This document shows positions 1-13,700 of a stretch of DNA of 64,000 bases, in pieces. Made by a program: the position numbers and the translations under genes. Positions within the stretch are counted from its first letter, which is position 1, and every line of letters begins with the position of its first letter. The notes beneath the pieces are model-generated. The model was not told the origin of the DNA. It made no database searches and saw only the letters and a program-made list of their open reading frames with translations. This DNA comes from Macrostomum lignano (lineage: Eukaryota), in NCBI GenBank assembly GCA_002269645.1, contig NIVC01000866.1, forward strand, positions 8,050 through 72,049, written 5' to 3'.

Positions 1-1895
1 GTGCAGTCACTCAAGCACACAGTGACAGAAGTGCACAGTCACACACGCACACAGTGACAGAAGTGCACAGTCACTTAAGCACACAGTGACAGAAGTGCAC
101 AGTCACTCAAGCACACAGTGACAGAATTGTACAGTCACACACGCACACAGTGACAGAAGTGCACAGTCACACACGCACACAGTGACAGAAGTGCACAGTC
201 ACACACGCACACAGTGACAGAAGTGCACAGTCACTCAAGCACACAGTGACAGAAGTGCACAGTCACACACGCACACAGTGACAGAAGTGCACAGTCACTC
301 AAGCACACAGTGACAGAAGTGCAGTCACACACGCGCAGTGACAGAAGTGCACAGTCACTCAAGCACACAGTGACAGAAGTGCACAGTCACTCAAGCACAC
401 AGTGACAGAAGCACAGTCACTTAAGCACACAGTGACAGAAGTGCACAGTCACTCAAGTACACAGTGAGAGAAGTGCACAGTCACACACGCACGTAGTGAC
501 AGAAGTGCACAGTCACACACGCACGTAGTGACAGAAGTGCACAGTCACTCAAGCACACAGTGACAGAAGTGCAGTCACACACGCACAGTGACAGAAGTGC
601 ACAGTCACTCAAGCACACAGTGACAGAAGTGCACAGTCACTCAAGCACACAGTGACAGAAGTGCACAGTCACTCAAGCACACAGTGACAGAAGCACAGTC
701 ACTTAAGCACACAGTGACAGAAGTGCACAGTCACTTAAGCAAACAGTGACAGAAGTGCACAGTCACTCAAGCACACAGTGACAGAAGTGCACAGTCACAC
801 ACGCACACAGTGGCAGAAGTGCAGTCACTCAAGCACACAGTGACAGAATTGCACAGTCACACAGTGACAGAATTGCACAGTCACACAGTGACAGAAGTGC
901 ACAGTCACACACGCACACAGTGACAGAAGTGCACAGTCACTCAAGTACACAGTGACAGAAGTGCACAGTCACACACGCACGTAGTGACAGAAGTGCACAG
1001 TCACACACGCACACAGTGACAGAAGTGCACAGTCACTCAAGCACACAGTGACAGAAGTGCAGTCACACACGCACAGTGACAGAAGTGCACAGTCACTCAA
1101 GCACACAGTGACAGAAGTGCACAGTCACTCAAGCACACAGTGACAGAAGTGCACAGTCACTCAAGCACACAGTGACAGAAGCACAGTCACTTAAGCACAC
1201 AGTGACAGAAGTGCACAGTCACTTAAGCAAACAGTGACAGAAGTGCACAGTCACTCAAGCACACAGTGACAGAAGTGCACAGTCACACACGCACACAGTG
1301 GCAGAAGTGCAGTCACTCAAGCACACAGTGACAGAATTGCACAGTCACACAGTGACAGAATTGCACAGTCACACAGTGACAGAAGTGCACAGTCACACAC
1401 GCACACAGTGACAAAAGTGCACAGTCACACACGCACACAGTGACAGAAGTGCACAGTCACACACGCACACAGTGACAGAAGTGCACAGTCACACACGCAC
1501 ACAGTGACAGAAGTGCACAGTCACTCAAGCACACAGTGACAGAAGTGCAGTCACACACGCACAGTGACAGAAGTGCACAGTCACTCAAGCACACAGTGAC
1601 AGAAGTGCACAGTCACTCAAGCACACAGTGACAGAAGTGCACAGTCACTCAAGCACACAGTGACAGAAGCACAGTCACTTAAGCACACAGTGACAGAAGT
1701 GCACAGTCACTTAAGCAAACAGTGACAGAAGCACAGTCACTCAAGCACACAGTGACAGAAGTGCACAGTCACTCAAGTACACAGTGACAGAAGTGCACAG
1801 TCACACACGCACGTAGTGACAGAAGTGCACAGTCACACACGCACGTAGTGACAGAAGTGCACAGTCACTCAAGCACACAGTGACAGAAGTGCAGT
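1..1895. repeat. ~32-bp minisatellite (CACAGTGACAGAAGTGCACAGTCACTCAAGCA) with 488-bp higher-order period
   Basis: Unit read directly; variant AAGCAAAC recurs at 737, 1225 and 1713, variant TGGCAG at 811 and 1299. Array runs off the left window edge. Confidence 0.95.
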
Positions 1896-2404
1896 CACAA
1901 AGCACTTAAAAAACTCTTTGGGAAAAGACACAAAAACTTTGAGAAATCGAAATCGGTCTAAATATTTTGAAAGGGTCTGTGCAGACAATAGTAGGGAATA
2001 ATATAAATAGCAATATAAGCAATTTATAGATATATTTAACACACTGTAAGGTAAGCCAACAACAACTGATTCGCAGTATTTTATAAAGCAACACATTTAA
2101 CGATTAATTTATAGATGGGCCAATTATGCAATAATTAATACGATTATGACGATGAGAAGTCTCTTTAGGAAACTGAATTAAAACTTCAGGTAATAAAACT
2201 GGACGCAGAAGAGAACAGAAAACGGAAACAGGAGAAACATCATTGCAATGAAAAAATTGCGCGCACAATTTAAAACCTCTGCGTCCAGCAAAACAGCGAG
2301 CAAAGCCAAGGCTGGGACACGAGATGCTGCGACTTGCATAGCTGATAACCAGACCTTTATGAGACTGGGGCGTCACGTGACACTTAAGACTGTTGCTGGC
2401 ATGA

Positions 2405-2925
2405 GAGCATGAGGATCTGGGAAATTGGCCCAGCAGCTAGGGATCTGGGAGGGCGGTGTCCCAGAAACTGAGGATCTGGAAGGCTGTTGGCCCAGCAACT
2501 GAGGATCTGGGAGGCTGGCCCAGCAACTGAGGATCTGGGAGGCTGGTGGCCCAGCAACTGAGGGTCTGGGAGGCTGGTGTCCCAGCAACTGACACTCTGG
2601 GAGGCTGGTGTCCCAGCAACTGAGGGTCTGGGAGGCTGGCCCAGCAACTGACACTCTGGGAGGCTGGTGTCCCAGCAACTGAGGATCTGGGAGTCTAGTG
2701 GCCCAGCAACTGAGGATCTGGGTGTCTGGTGGCGCAGCAACTGAGGATCTGGGAGTCTGGTGGCGCAGCAACTGAGGATCTGGGAGTCTGGTGTCCCAGC
2801 AACTGAGGATCTGGGAGTCTGGTGGCGCAGCAACTGAGGATCTGGGAGTCTAGTGGCCCAGCAACTGAGGATCTGGGAGTCTGGTGGCGCAGCAACTGAG
2901 GATCTGGGAGGGTGGGCCAGCAACC
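2405..2925. repeat. 28-31-bp minisatellite (GGATCTGGGAGGCTGGCCCAGCAACTGA family), downstream of NIPBL stop
   Basis: Same unit family as 3864-4745; explains the spurious ORFs at 2373-3134. Confidence 0.9.
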
Positions 2926-3662
2926 TAGGATTTGAGATGTTTTCGAGATTCTGTGACAATGACAAAGCCTCAAAAGTTCGACTGGCATTCCCAATAACTG
3001 AATCACCAAAGCCCCTGAGCCAAGACGGCACACAAAGAGAAAAGCAAAGCCAGCAAGCGGTACAGCAATTGAACAACATCGAACGAACTAAGCGACAACT
3101 ATTTTGTGCAAACAACGGACGCCACGAAGACTAAAAATGGTGTGTTGTGAGAACATCTTGCTAATAAAGAATTTCTTGATTCTTCTCTTTGACAAAAAGA
3201 GCTGTCTCTCTGCTAGGTAGAAACACACGAGGCAGAGCAGTGCCGCGGGAGAACTGGTATATATATAATAATAAAATTTGATTATTTACAGGAGAAAAAT
3301 TGGTGTCAGAGGGCAAAGGCAGAAAATAAAGGGACACAAAAGCAGGGCATGTACTTTTCCTATCGCACTGTTAAATTCTGGCTGTACACGAATAAGTTAG
3401 ATAAGAACAAATAGTTGCTCAACTGTGCTCAAAGACAAGAAATTATAAACAAGAAAAGATACAAGCGAAGCTACACTAGAAAACCTAATTAGGCATTGCA
3501 ATTGGGTAAGGAGACTGAAAATTGTTAGAAAAATCAAAACAAATTTGCTATTATAGAATTACTCGTAATTTAACAACCCGGCTTATTTAAACTGTATTGC
3601 TTCTGCATAATGCCACTGGGAGTTGCTGCTTCTGCTTTGAAAAATACTGACTTCGCCACTGC

Positions 3663-6600
3663 TCAGTCCGACAGAGAGTCGGAATCATCGCTGGACGGAC
3701 TGTCCTCGGACTCTTCGGACACCGAGGCCTTGCGCTTGCGACGGGCGCCAGCGCCAGATCTGGCAGCTGGGCGGCGCTTCCGCTGCTTCGGCATCTTGAT
3801 GCGGGGCCCCTGTGGGATGGGCGGAGGGACTGAACTGTAGGGGCTGCGAGGGGAGACAGGGATCTGGGAGGCTGGCCTAGCAGCTAAGGATCTGGGAGGC
3901 TGGCCCAGCAAATGAGAATCTGGGAGGCTGGCACAGCAACTGAGGATCTGGGAGGCTGGTGGGCCCAGCAACTGAGAATCTGGGAGGCTGGCCTAGCAAC
4001 TGAGGATCTGGAAGGCTGGCCCAGCAAATGAGAATCTGGGAGGCTGGCCTAGCAACTGAGGATCTGGGAGGCTGGCCTAGCAACTAAGGATCTGGGAGCC
4101 TGGTGGGCCCAGCAACTGAGAATCTGGGAGGCTGGCCTAGCAACTAAGGATCTGGGAGGCTGGCCCAGCAAATGAGAATCTGGGAGGCTGGCACAGCAAC
4201 TGAGGATCTGGGAGGCTGGCCCAGCAACTGAGGATCTGGGAGGCTGGACCAGCAACTGACACTCTGGGAGGCTGGCCCAGCAACTGAGGATCTGGGAGGC
4301 TGGCCCAGCAACTGAGGATCTGGGAGGCTGGCCCAGCAACTGAGGATCTGGGAGGCTGGACCAGCAACTGACACTCTGGGAGGCTGGACCAGCAACTGAC
4401 ACTCTGGGAGGCTGGCCCAGCAACTGAGGATCTGGGAGGCTGGCCCAGCAACTGAGGATCTGGGAGGCTGGCCCAGCAACTGAGGATCTGGGAGGCTGGC
4501 CCAGCAACTGAGGATCTGGGAGGCTGGCCCAGCAACTGAGGATCTGGGAGGCTGGACCAGCAACTGAGGATCTGGGAGGCTGGACCAGCAACTGACACTC
4601 TGGGAGGCTGGCCCAGCAACTGAGGATCTGGGAGGCTGGCCCAGCAACTGAGGATCTGGGAGGCTGGCCCAGCAACTGAGGATCTGGGAGGCTGGCCCAG
4701 AAACTGAGGATCTGGGAGGCTGGCCCAGCAACTGAGGATCTGAGAAGTTGGCCCAGCCCAAGTATGTCCCACACCGTACCGTGACTCACCTGGCTGCTGG
4801 CATCGCTGTTCGCTCCGTCATCGTCGGCAGGCACCGGCACCACCGCCTCATCCGCAGCCTCTGCTTGAAGGCCTGCCGGACCCGTCATTCCGCCGTCTGG
4901 AAATTAAATTATGGCGATGCGGTTGGGTGGCTGCTGCACGCACGGCAAACAGAGAGACAGTCATTCACTCTCTGGGAGTGACTGGATGAGAGTGAATGCT
5001 ATAGTAAGAATATAATCATTACGCAGGGAGAGCCATTCCTAAGACTCTAAAGAGTGACATTGCCTACGAGTTACTTAGTAAGAGTGACGGTTGTCTAGAG
5101 TGACCAAGAGTGACAATCCTACAGAATGAGCAACAAAGAGTGAAAATCCTACAGAATGAGCAACAAAGAGTGACAATCCTACAGAATGAGCAATTAGGAG
5201 TGACAATCCTACAAAATAAGCAACAAAGAGTGACAATCCTACAGAATGAGCAATTAGGAGTGACAATCCTACAGAATGAGCAACAAAGAGTGACAATCCT
5301 ACAGAATGAGTAACAAAGAGTGACAATCCTACAGAATGAGTAACAAAGAGTGACAATCCTACAGAATGAGTAACAAAGAGTGACAATCCTACAGAATGAG
5401 CAACAAAGAGTGACAATCCTACAGAATGAGCAATTAGGAGTGACAAAGGCAGGACTATCAATCTACACAGTGACAATTGAGCCCCAAACTGACCAATTCT
5501 GGTGAGCTGCACTTTCAGATCCAAGCCCCGCTGCACAGCCGGGTGGTAGGGCAGCTGCTTGGCAGACACGGTGTCTCCGCTGAGCAGCCCAGCTGATGAG
5601 GTGCCGGCAGCAGCTCTACCGCCACCACCGCCGCCGCCCTCCTCATCTCCACTGGCCCCGCCAGCATCATTGGGATCAATGGTGAGCATGAGATCCTCAA
5701 AGTCGAGAATGTCGGCGGCCAATTTCACGGTGGTTGGCCTGACCGACTCGGAGGCCAGGTAGTCAAGGCAGCGCTGCGGCCGGAAGCCGGGGATCGACCG
5801 GCGATTGAGCGGCTTCTCCCAGGTCTTGGCCGAGTCGGAGGGCGAGTAGTTTTGCACCTTGGAGTCGCTAATTCCGTACAGCTCCTTGAGGTACTGCTTC
5901 AGCGACAGGAGCAGCGCAATGCCTCGGCTGTGGAGCAGGTAGTCCTCAACTGGAGCCGTGTGCGCCGGAATCCTGGTGGCCAGCATCTCCGGCGTGCAGC
6001 CGTCAGGCAGTTCCGTTCCAGGTGCGAAGCCCAAGTAGTCCTTGATGCTAGTTAACAGGGTGGAGCCGGCCACGGACACCAGCAGGTCCAGGTGGTGGAT
6101 CAGGAACAGCGGCTCCTCGGCCACTTGGTAGGGAAAAGAGGCCAGGTTGTCCGCCACGTACAGCAGCTCGGCGAGGGGGGCGCGCTGGGGGATGGAGGGG
6201 ATATGTAGGCTGCGTAGCATGGACACAAATACTCGCAGGTGGACAGGCCGTGGACACATTCACAAGAAAGACACATTAGCAAACACAGATGAACACATTG
6301 GCAGACAGAGATGGACACATTAGCAGACAAAGATGGACACATTGGCAGACAGAGATGGACACATTAGCAGACAAAGATGGACACCATGGCAGACAGAGAT
6401 GGACACAATGGCAGAGAGATGGACACAATGGCCGACATAGATGGACACATTGGCAGACACAGATGGACACATTGGCAGACACAGATGCACACAATGGCAG
6501 ACACAGATGGACACAATGGCAGACACAGATGGACACATTGGCAGACACAGATGGACACATTGGCAGAAACAGATGGACACAATAGCAGACACAGATGGAC

Positions 6601-7496
6601 ACATTGGCAGACACAGATGGACACATTGGCAGACACAGATGCACACAATGGCAGACACAGATGGACACATTGGCAGACACAGATGGACACATTGGCAGAC
6701 ACAGATGCACACAATGGCAGACACAGATGGACACAATGGCAGACACAGATGGACACATTGGCAGAAACAGATGGACACAATAGCAGACACAGATGGACAC
6801 ATTGGCAGACACAGATGGACACATTGGCAGACACAGATGCACACAATGGCAGACACAGATGGACACATTGGCAGACACAGATGGACACATTGGCAGACAC
6901 AGATGGCCACATTGGCAGACACAAATACACATTGGCAAACAAGAATAAACACACGGAAAAGCAGACAGACAAATTTCCCAAAAGCAGATAAAAAGCGAGA
7001 GCTGGATTGAATTCCAGTAACCATGGCAACCAATTACTCCATTCTGTTTTCACTCAATTATTTTCTCCTTTTAGTTAAAAGCTAAAATGCAATTTTAAAT
7101 CAGGAAGCTTTATGCTGAATTTCTGACGCAATCAGGCGAAGGCATCAGTGGGTGCTGAACAGCAGGACAAAGCAGCGCATTGTTGCTAGGATGCGAGCAG
7201 GAATATCGCCAGATTTTCATTCTATACGCAGGATAAGCCTGTCTTTGTGCTTGAGTGTCAGCCGTATCGAGGCAGAACAGACGCCTGAATATTAGCAAGC
7301 AGCTGCACAAGGCTGTCGCCATGGTAAACAGTTTTTTTTTTAATTTAGTCACACGCGCAGACATTTCCTTACAGCATTTTTGCTGAAATATCGTTACAGA
7401 CAGACAAAAGGACACATAGACAGATTAGACGGACAGACAGACACTAAGACAGACAGACAGACAGACAGACAGTCAGACAGACAGGCAGGCAGATAA

Positions 7497-7537
<41 letters not shown>

Positions 7538-7580
7538 AACAGACAGACAGACAGTCAGACACACAGACAGGCAGGCAGGC

Positions 7581-7617
<37 letters not shown>

Positions 7618-7668
7618 GGCAGACAGACAGACAGACAGACACTAAGACAGACAGACCGACAGACACTA

Positions 7669-7699
<31 letters not shown>

Positions 7700-7732
7700 G
7701 AGGCAGGCAGACAGACAGACCGACAGACACTA

Positions 7733-7763
<31 letters not shown>

Positions 7764-10700
7764 GAGGCAGGCAGACAGACAGACAGACAGACACTAAGAC
7801 AGACAGACAGCCAAAAACAGTGACCTTAAACCCACCTGGCTGGGGTTCTCATCGAACAGGTTGAGCATGCTGGTGAGCAGGACCCGGCGGTTCATGCGGT
7901 TGGTGCGCAGCATGGAGTACAGGTGGTGGTTCATGGCCACGGGCGGGTCGGCGTCTGGATCGCGGATTCCGCGCACCACGCGGCCGGGCCGAAGCACCCG
8001 CTGCAGCTGGAAGCTCTGGCGCACCCCGAACAGGGCCCGCATGTTGATGAAGCTGGGATAATGCTTCTCAATCTCCATCAGTTGGGCGTCGGCTTTGGAT
8101 CGAATAGCGGGATCGGTGTCCGACTGCATGCTGATGAGGTGCGCCACCGTTTTCACCGGGTGGATCAGGCCCTGCCGCAGGATGGTCACCACCATGGTCA
8201 GCGCGGCCAGCCGGACTCCCGCGTCTTTGTAGTAGAAGGCGGCCAGCACCTGGGCGGGTTCAAAGGGGGTTTGCGGGCGATGCTTGATGTTGTTTTGAGG
8301 GCGATTTTTATGGGGTTTGAGGGCGATTTTTGTTAGGGTTTGAAGGCGATTTTTGATGGGGTTTGAAGGCGATTTTTATGGGGTTTGAATGCGTTTTTTA
8401 TGGGGTTTGAGGGCGATTTTGATGGGTTTTGAGGGCGGTTTTTGATAGGGTTTGAGGGCGATTTTTGATAGGGTTTGAGGGCGATTTTCGATAGGGTTTG
8501 AGGGCGATTTTTGATGGGTTTTGAGGGCGATTTCTGATAGGGTTTGAGGCCGATTTTTGATAGGGTTTGAAGGCGATTTTTGATAGGGTTTGAGGGCGAT
8601 TTTTGATGGGTTTTGAGGGCGATTTCTGATAGGGTTTGAGGGCGATTTTTGATAGGGTTTGAAGGCGATTTTTGATAGGGTTTGAAGGCGATTTTTGATA
8701 GGGTTTGAGGGCGATTTTTGATAGGATTTGAAGGCGATTTTTAATAGGGTTTGAGGGCGATTTTTGATAGGGTTTGAAGGCGATTTTTGATAGGGTTTGA
8801 AGGCGATTTTTGATAGGGTTTGAGGGCGATTTTTGATAGGGTTTGAAGGCGATTTTTGATAGGGTTTGAGGGCGATTTTTGATAGGGTTTGAAGGCGATT
8901 TTTGATAGGGTTTGAGGGCGATTTTTGATAGGGTTTGAAGGCGATTTCTAATAGGGTTTGAGGGCGATTTTTGATAGGGTTTGAAGGCGATTTTCGATAG
9001 GGTTTGAGGGCGATTTTTGATGGGTTTTGAGGGCGATTTTTGATAGGGTTTGAGGGCGATTTTTGATAGGGTTTGAAGGCGATTTTTGATAGGGTTTGAG
9101 GGCGATTTTTTATAGGGTTTGAAGGCGATTTTTGATAGGGTTTGAAGGCGATTTTTGATGGGGTCTTGGGGGCGATTTTCGATGGGGGTTTGGGATTTTT
9201 TATGCAGTTTTGAGTCAGTCGAGTCGACTTTTTATGGAGGGGAAATCCAGGTGATGTTTGCAGAGTTGTGAGGGGCCATTATCCCGAGGAGAAAGAGAGC
9301 AGACCCTACTCAACCGGGGACTCACGTGATCTAGATAAGCCTGAGCCACCATGCTGGCCTTGCCGCTCTGCACATCGTGCATCTCCTTCAGCGACTCCTG
9401 CTGCACGTGCTCCTTCCAGGTGGAGTCGGACTGCACCATGCTGGCTTCCTCCTCAAGCAGGAAGCTGGTGAGGTTCTTCAGCACCAGGGTTTTGGTCTCG
9501 TCGGACACCATGGGACCGGCGATAAGCTCGCAGTAGTAGGTCTTCAGCGGGTCCTGAAGCAGCAGGTGCGAGTGCCTGGCGCACATGAAGCCAAGGCCCA
9601 TCAGGGACTTCTTCACCACATCCGGGTCGGCGCACTGGGAGCAGAAGAACATGAACGAGCTGAACACGCGCTGCATGATAGCTCCAGTCTCGTAGGTGGT
9701 GATGCTCTCCAAGTCGAAGTACTTCAACAGCAGCCCGACGGTGTACAGGCCGCGCAGGATTGACGGCTTCTGCCGAGGATCGATGAGCTCGGCCCCGGTG
9801 GCCATGTTCTCCTGCTGCTGCCGGTCGATGGGCGTGTAGAACAGGTTGAAGCACGACCGGATCAGCGAGTAGTTGTGCGTGACCCGGTTCACCACTGCGC
9901 TCAGACAGGCGATCGCGCTGTCCAGCACCATCATGCCCTTGCGCATGGTTAGCTGCACCATCTCCTGCTCGATCGAGCGCAGCTCCTCCTCATCTGGGTG
10001 CTCCATCAGCGGCACGGTGAGCTCCAGAATCTTCGCAACATAATGCAGCACATAGTTATCCTGCTGGCTGCTGATTTTGATTTTCAAATACGATTGCAGA
10101 GTGCTGGCGTGGTCCACCATGAGATTCGGCCGGATCTTGGTCAGCATGTACAGGGTGCACAGGCAGGCCACCAGGCGCTGGTTGTTGTTGCTGGAGATCT
10201 CCTCCAGGCGCATGATGTTGGCTACCAGCGTGTCCACTATCTGGCGGCAGGCCTTCTCAACCGGCCGGAGTTTCTCTTCCTTCTCCTCTTTGAGCAGGCT
10301 GCGCAGAAGGCCCTCGAACCAGTCGTATCCCTGAATTATTGGTGAGCAAGTTTATTGCTGATGAAAATGGCTGATTATCGACTCAGCGGTATTAGTTTTG
10401 GAGCTTTGTTCTAGCTAACCTCTCACCCTTCAATCTAGCCTCTAACTCTTCAATCTAGCCTCTCACCCTTTATTCTAGCCTCTCACCCTTCAATCTACCC
10501 TCTCACCCTTCAATCTACCCTCTCACCCTTCAATCTAGCCTCTCACCCTTCAATTTACCCTCTCAACCTTCAATCTACCCTCTCACCCTTCAACTTACCC
10601 TCTCACCCTTCAATCTACCCTCTCACCCTTCAATTTACCCTCTCACCCTTCAATCTACCCTCTCACCCTTCAATTTACTCTCTCACCCTTCAATCTACCC

Positions 10701-13700
10701 TCTCACCCTTCAATTTACCCTCTCACCCTTCAATCTACCCTCTCACCCTTCAATTTACTCTCTCAACCTTCAATCTACCCTCTCACCCTTCAATTTACCC
10801 TCTCAACCTTCAATCTACCCTCTCACCCTTCAATCTAGCCTCTCACCCTTCAACAATCTAGTCGCTCACCCTTCAATCTACCTTTCAATGTATTCTCTCA
10901 CCCTTCAATAAACCCTCCCACCCTCAAATCTACCCTCCTGCCCAAAACCCGGTCTCCGCAAGCCTCACTTGGTCCTTGCAAGCGGCCACCACGTCCGTGA
11001 TGTTCATAACCTTCTGCAGCAGCTTGACATTGTGCGACTCCTTTACAGGCGAGAACCACATGGCCTGGAAGACCTCATTAACCAGCTTCCGAATGCCCTC
11101 TTCATCGTTGACACGTCGAATCATTTTGACGCACATCTCCGGAATTTTATTGAAATCCGGCTGCTCAACGCAGATGTCGCGAAATATTTTAATCACCGCT
11201 TGCGCACGCTGATGCCGGTGTCCAGAATCCGCTCAGACAGCATCCCGTAGTACTGAGCAGTCAACTGCGGCCTCACAATGATGAACTTGCCAATCAGCTC
11301 AATACAGGCCTCCCTAACAGAGGTGGAGTTGTCCAACAGTCTACCGTGAACTGTCCGCTCGATGTCTGCCCGCTCCAGCACCGACGGGTCCACCTCGACA
11401 ACGGCTGTCAGGCACTTGATGGCCTTAGTGCGCACGGCAACTGACTGCTCATTAAGCACCTTCAGTATCTGCGACAGGTAGATGTCGAAGCTCTGCGAGA
11501 ATGGCCGCATAGAAGCCAGGTAGCGGCACACCAGGCAGGCCTCCTCATAGTCCAGCATGTAGGCATCGCTCCTGCCGGTGCTCATCAGCCGCCTCTTGGA
11601 GGCCAGCTGCTGACTGTCAGCGGCGCCGAACTCGCAGCTTCGAACCAGCAGAGCGGTGCGTCGGGACTCCAGCACATCCAGCGACTCGTGCGCCACCGCC
11701 GATTCATCGTTATTGGCAGCGTCGCGTTGCTGCTGCAGAGTTCGCTCGACCTCCTTGGCGCAGTCTTTGTACCACTGGGCCAGGTAGAAGCGGACAGCGT
11801 AGTGCACCGAGGCGTCCACATCTTCAGCGTTGAGGTAGTCGACGATGGCTTTCTGCAGGATGACGATTCGCTCCTCCTTGGTGATTGGGGCTTCGTCGGG
11901 TGCGGCGGTCGCGGAACTGGCGCCAGCGCCGGAGGCCTCGAGGCCGCGCGAGTGACCGCGGATCTCCGCCACCAGACTGTCCAGATCCTGCTCGCTCATC
12001 TCGCTGGTCACGGCGTCCTTGCGCAGTCGGGATGCCACGGTGCCCAGGTAGTCCAGCGAGGCCACACGGAGCGCCTGGTCAACGCTGCGATCGGCGAACT
12101 GCTTCACTAGCAGGCCGCCAAGCAAGCTGAGGAACATCTCGGCAGCCGGCCATTCCGGCTTGTTCACCGCTAGCAGCAGGTCCTCTACGAACTTCTCGAA
12201 TATGCCCCGGTAGTCCTGCTCCTCCGCCTTCTTGGCGCACTTGTTCAGGAATACGACGAGGAATACCTGGGAATGGGGAATTTGTAATGAAGGAAGATTT
12301 AGTAATGAGGATCTGTAATTTTCTGTAATTACCAAGCTACAGACACTTAATTGGCTGTAATTACCAAGCTACAGACAATTAATTGGCTGTAATTATCAAG
12401 CTACAGACACTTACTTGGCTGTAATTATCAAGCTACAGACACTTAATTAGCTGTACTCAGACAGACAAATCCAGAAGTAACTTCCAGATAAAATCTGGCA
12501 TTATCTAAAAGAATCAGAGCCGCACACAGCTCACCTGAGCAGTTTTCCTAGCAGATTCGTACGCATCCAGCAGGGCCATTGCCGCAGTGTTGTCTTGATC
12601 CTTACTTGACGGCACACTGGCTGGCAGCAGGACTACAGACTGCACCAGCAGCAGGGACAGCGCCGTGAGCATCTGGATGCTCTCCTCAGAGTTGAGTCGA
12701 AAGCTTCTCAAGCTTCTCTTACTGCTAGGCAGGCGAGCCAAGGAGGCGAACAGGTCCTCCAGAATCAGCTGCCGGTGCTTTTCGTACTGGCAGAAGACGC
12801 TGGTGCAGAGCCGCAGGGCGCTGAGCTGCAGATTCTCAACGTTCTCAACAAAGAACGGAGCCACCGCCAGGCCAGACATGGCCAAGATGGCATTGTCAGT
12901 GAGTCTCTGCAGGTCCACCAGCTGGGCGAAGCTGTCCACCAGCTCCACCAGGCGGTTCAACAGGTGAGTCAGGGCCCGGGGCCGGCCGCCGCCGCTGCCG
13001 GCAGCCAGGGCACCGTGGCCGCGCTCCTTGGCCCGCTGGCTGCGGATGCTCTGCTGAGTGGCCTTGTGCTGGCTGGTCTTGCGGTAGGCGGGGTCGGCCT
13101 CCGGGTACACGGTGCTGTTCAGCTGGAACTTGGCCACCGCCACGGCTCGCTCGATCACGTCTTCAACAAAGACCTGCTTGGGCATGCCTGGTGACGTCAT
13201 GATGATCAGGGCGGTGAGGGAGGACTCAACTGAGCGCATCACCCGCTCCATGCACAGCTCGCGCCAAAGGCGGCCCTCTGTGTCTTCGGCGTCTTCAGCC
13301 TGTAGTTACAGTACAGGTGGGTTGCCGTTTAAAATAGCTGAATATACAGGGCGAAACAGATAAAAACAAATAAAAGATACAAAGACACAAAGGCACAAGA
13401 TACAAAGACACACAGACACCAGATACAAAGACACACAGACACCAGATACAAAGACACAAAGGCACAAGATACAAAGACACACAGACACCAGATACAAAGA
13501 CACAGACACCAGATACAAAGACACACAGACACCAGATACAAAGACACACAGACACCAGATACAAAGACACACAGACACCAGATACAAAGATACACAGACA
13601 CCAGATACAAAGACACACAGACACCAGATACAAAGACACACAGACACCAGATACAAAGACACAGACACCAGATACAAAGACACAGACACCAGATACAAAG

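Noticed and set aside
1-1895. RAG RSS heptamer CACAGTG in every repeat unit
   Set aside because: No ACAAAAACC nonamer at 12- or 23-bp spacing and no Transib/RAG ORF; chance match.
1-5445. Tandem arrays as CRISPR
   Set aside because: No unique spacers, no cas genes, eukaryotic context.
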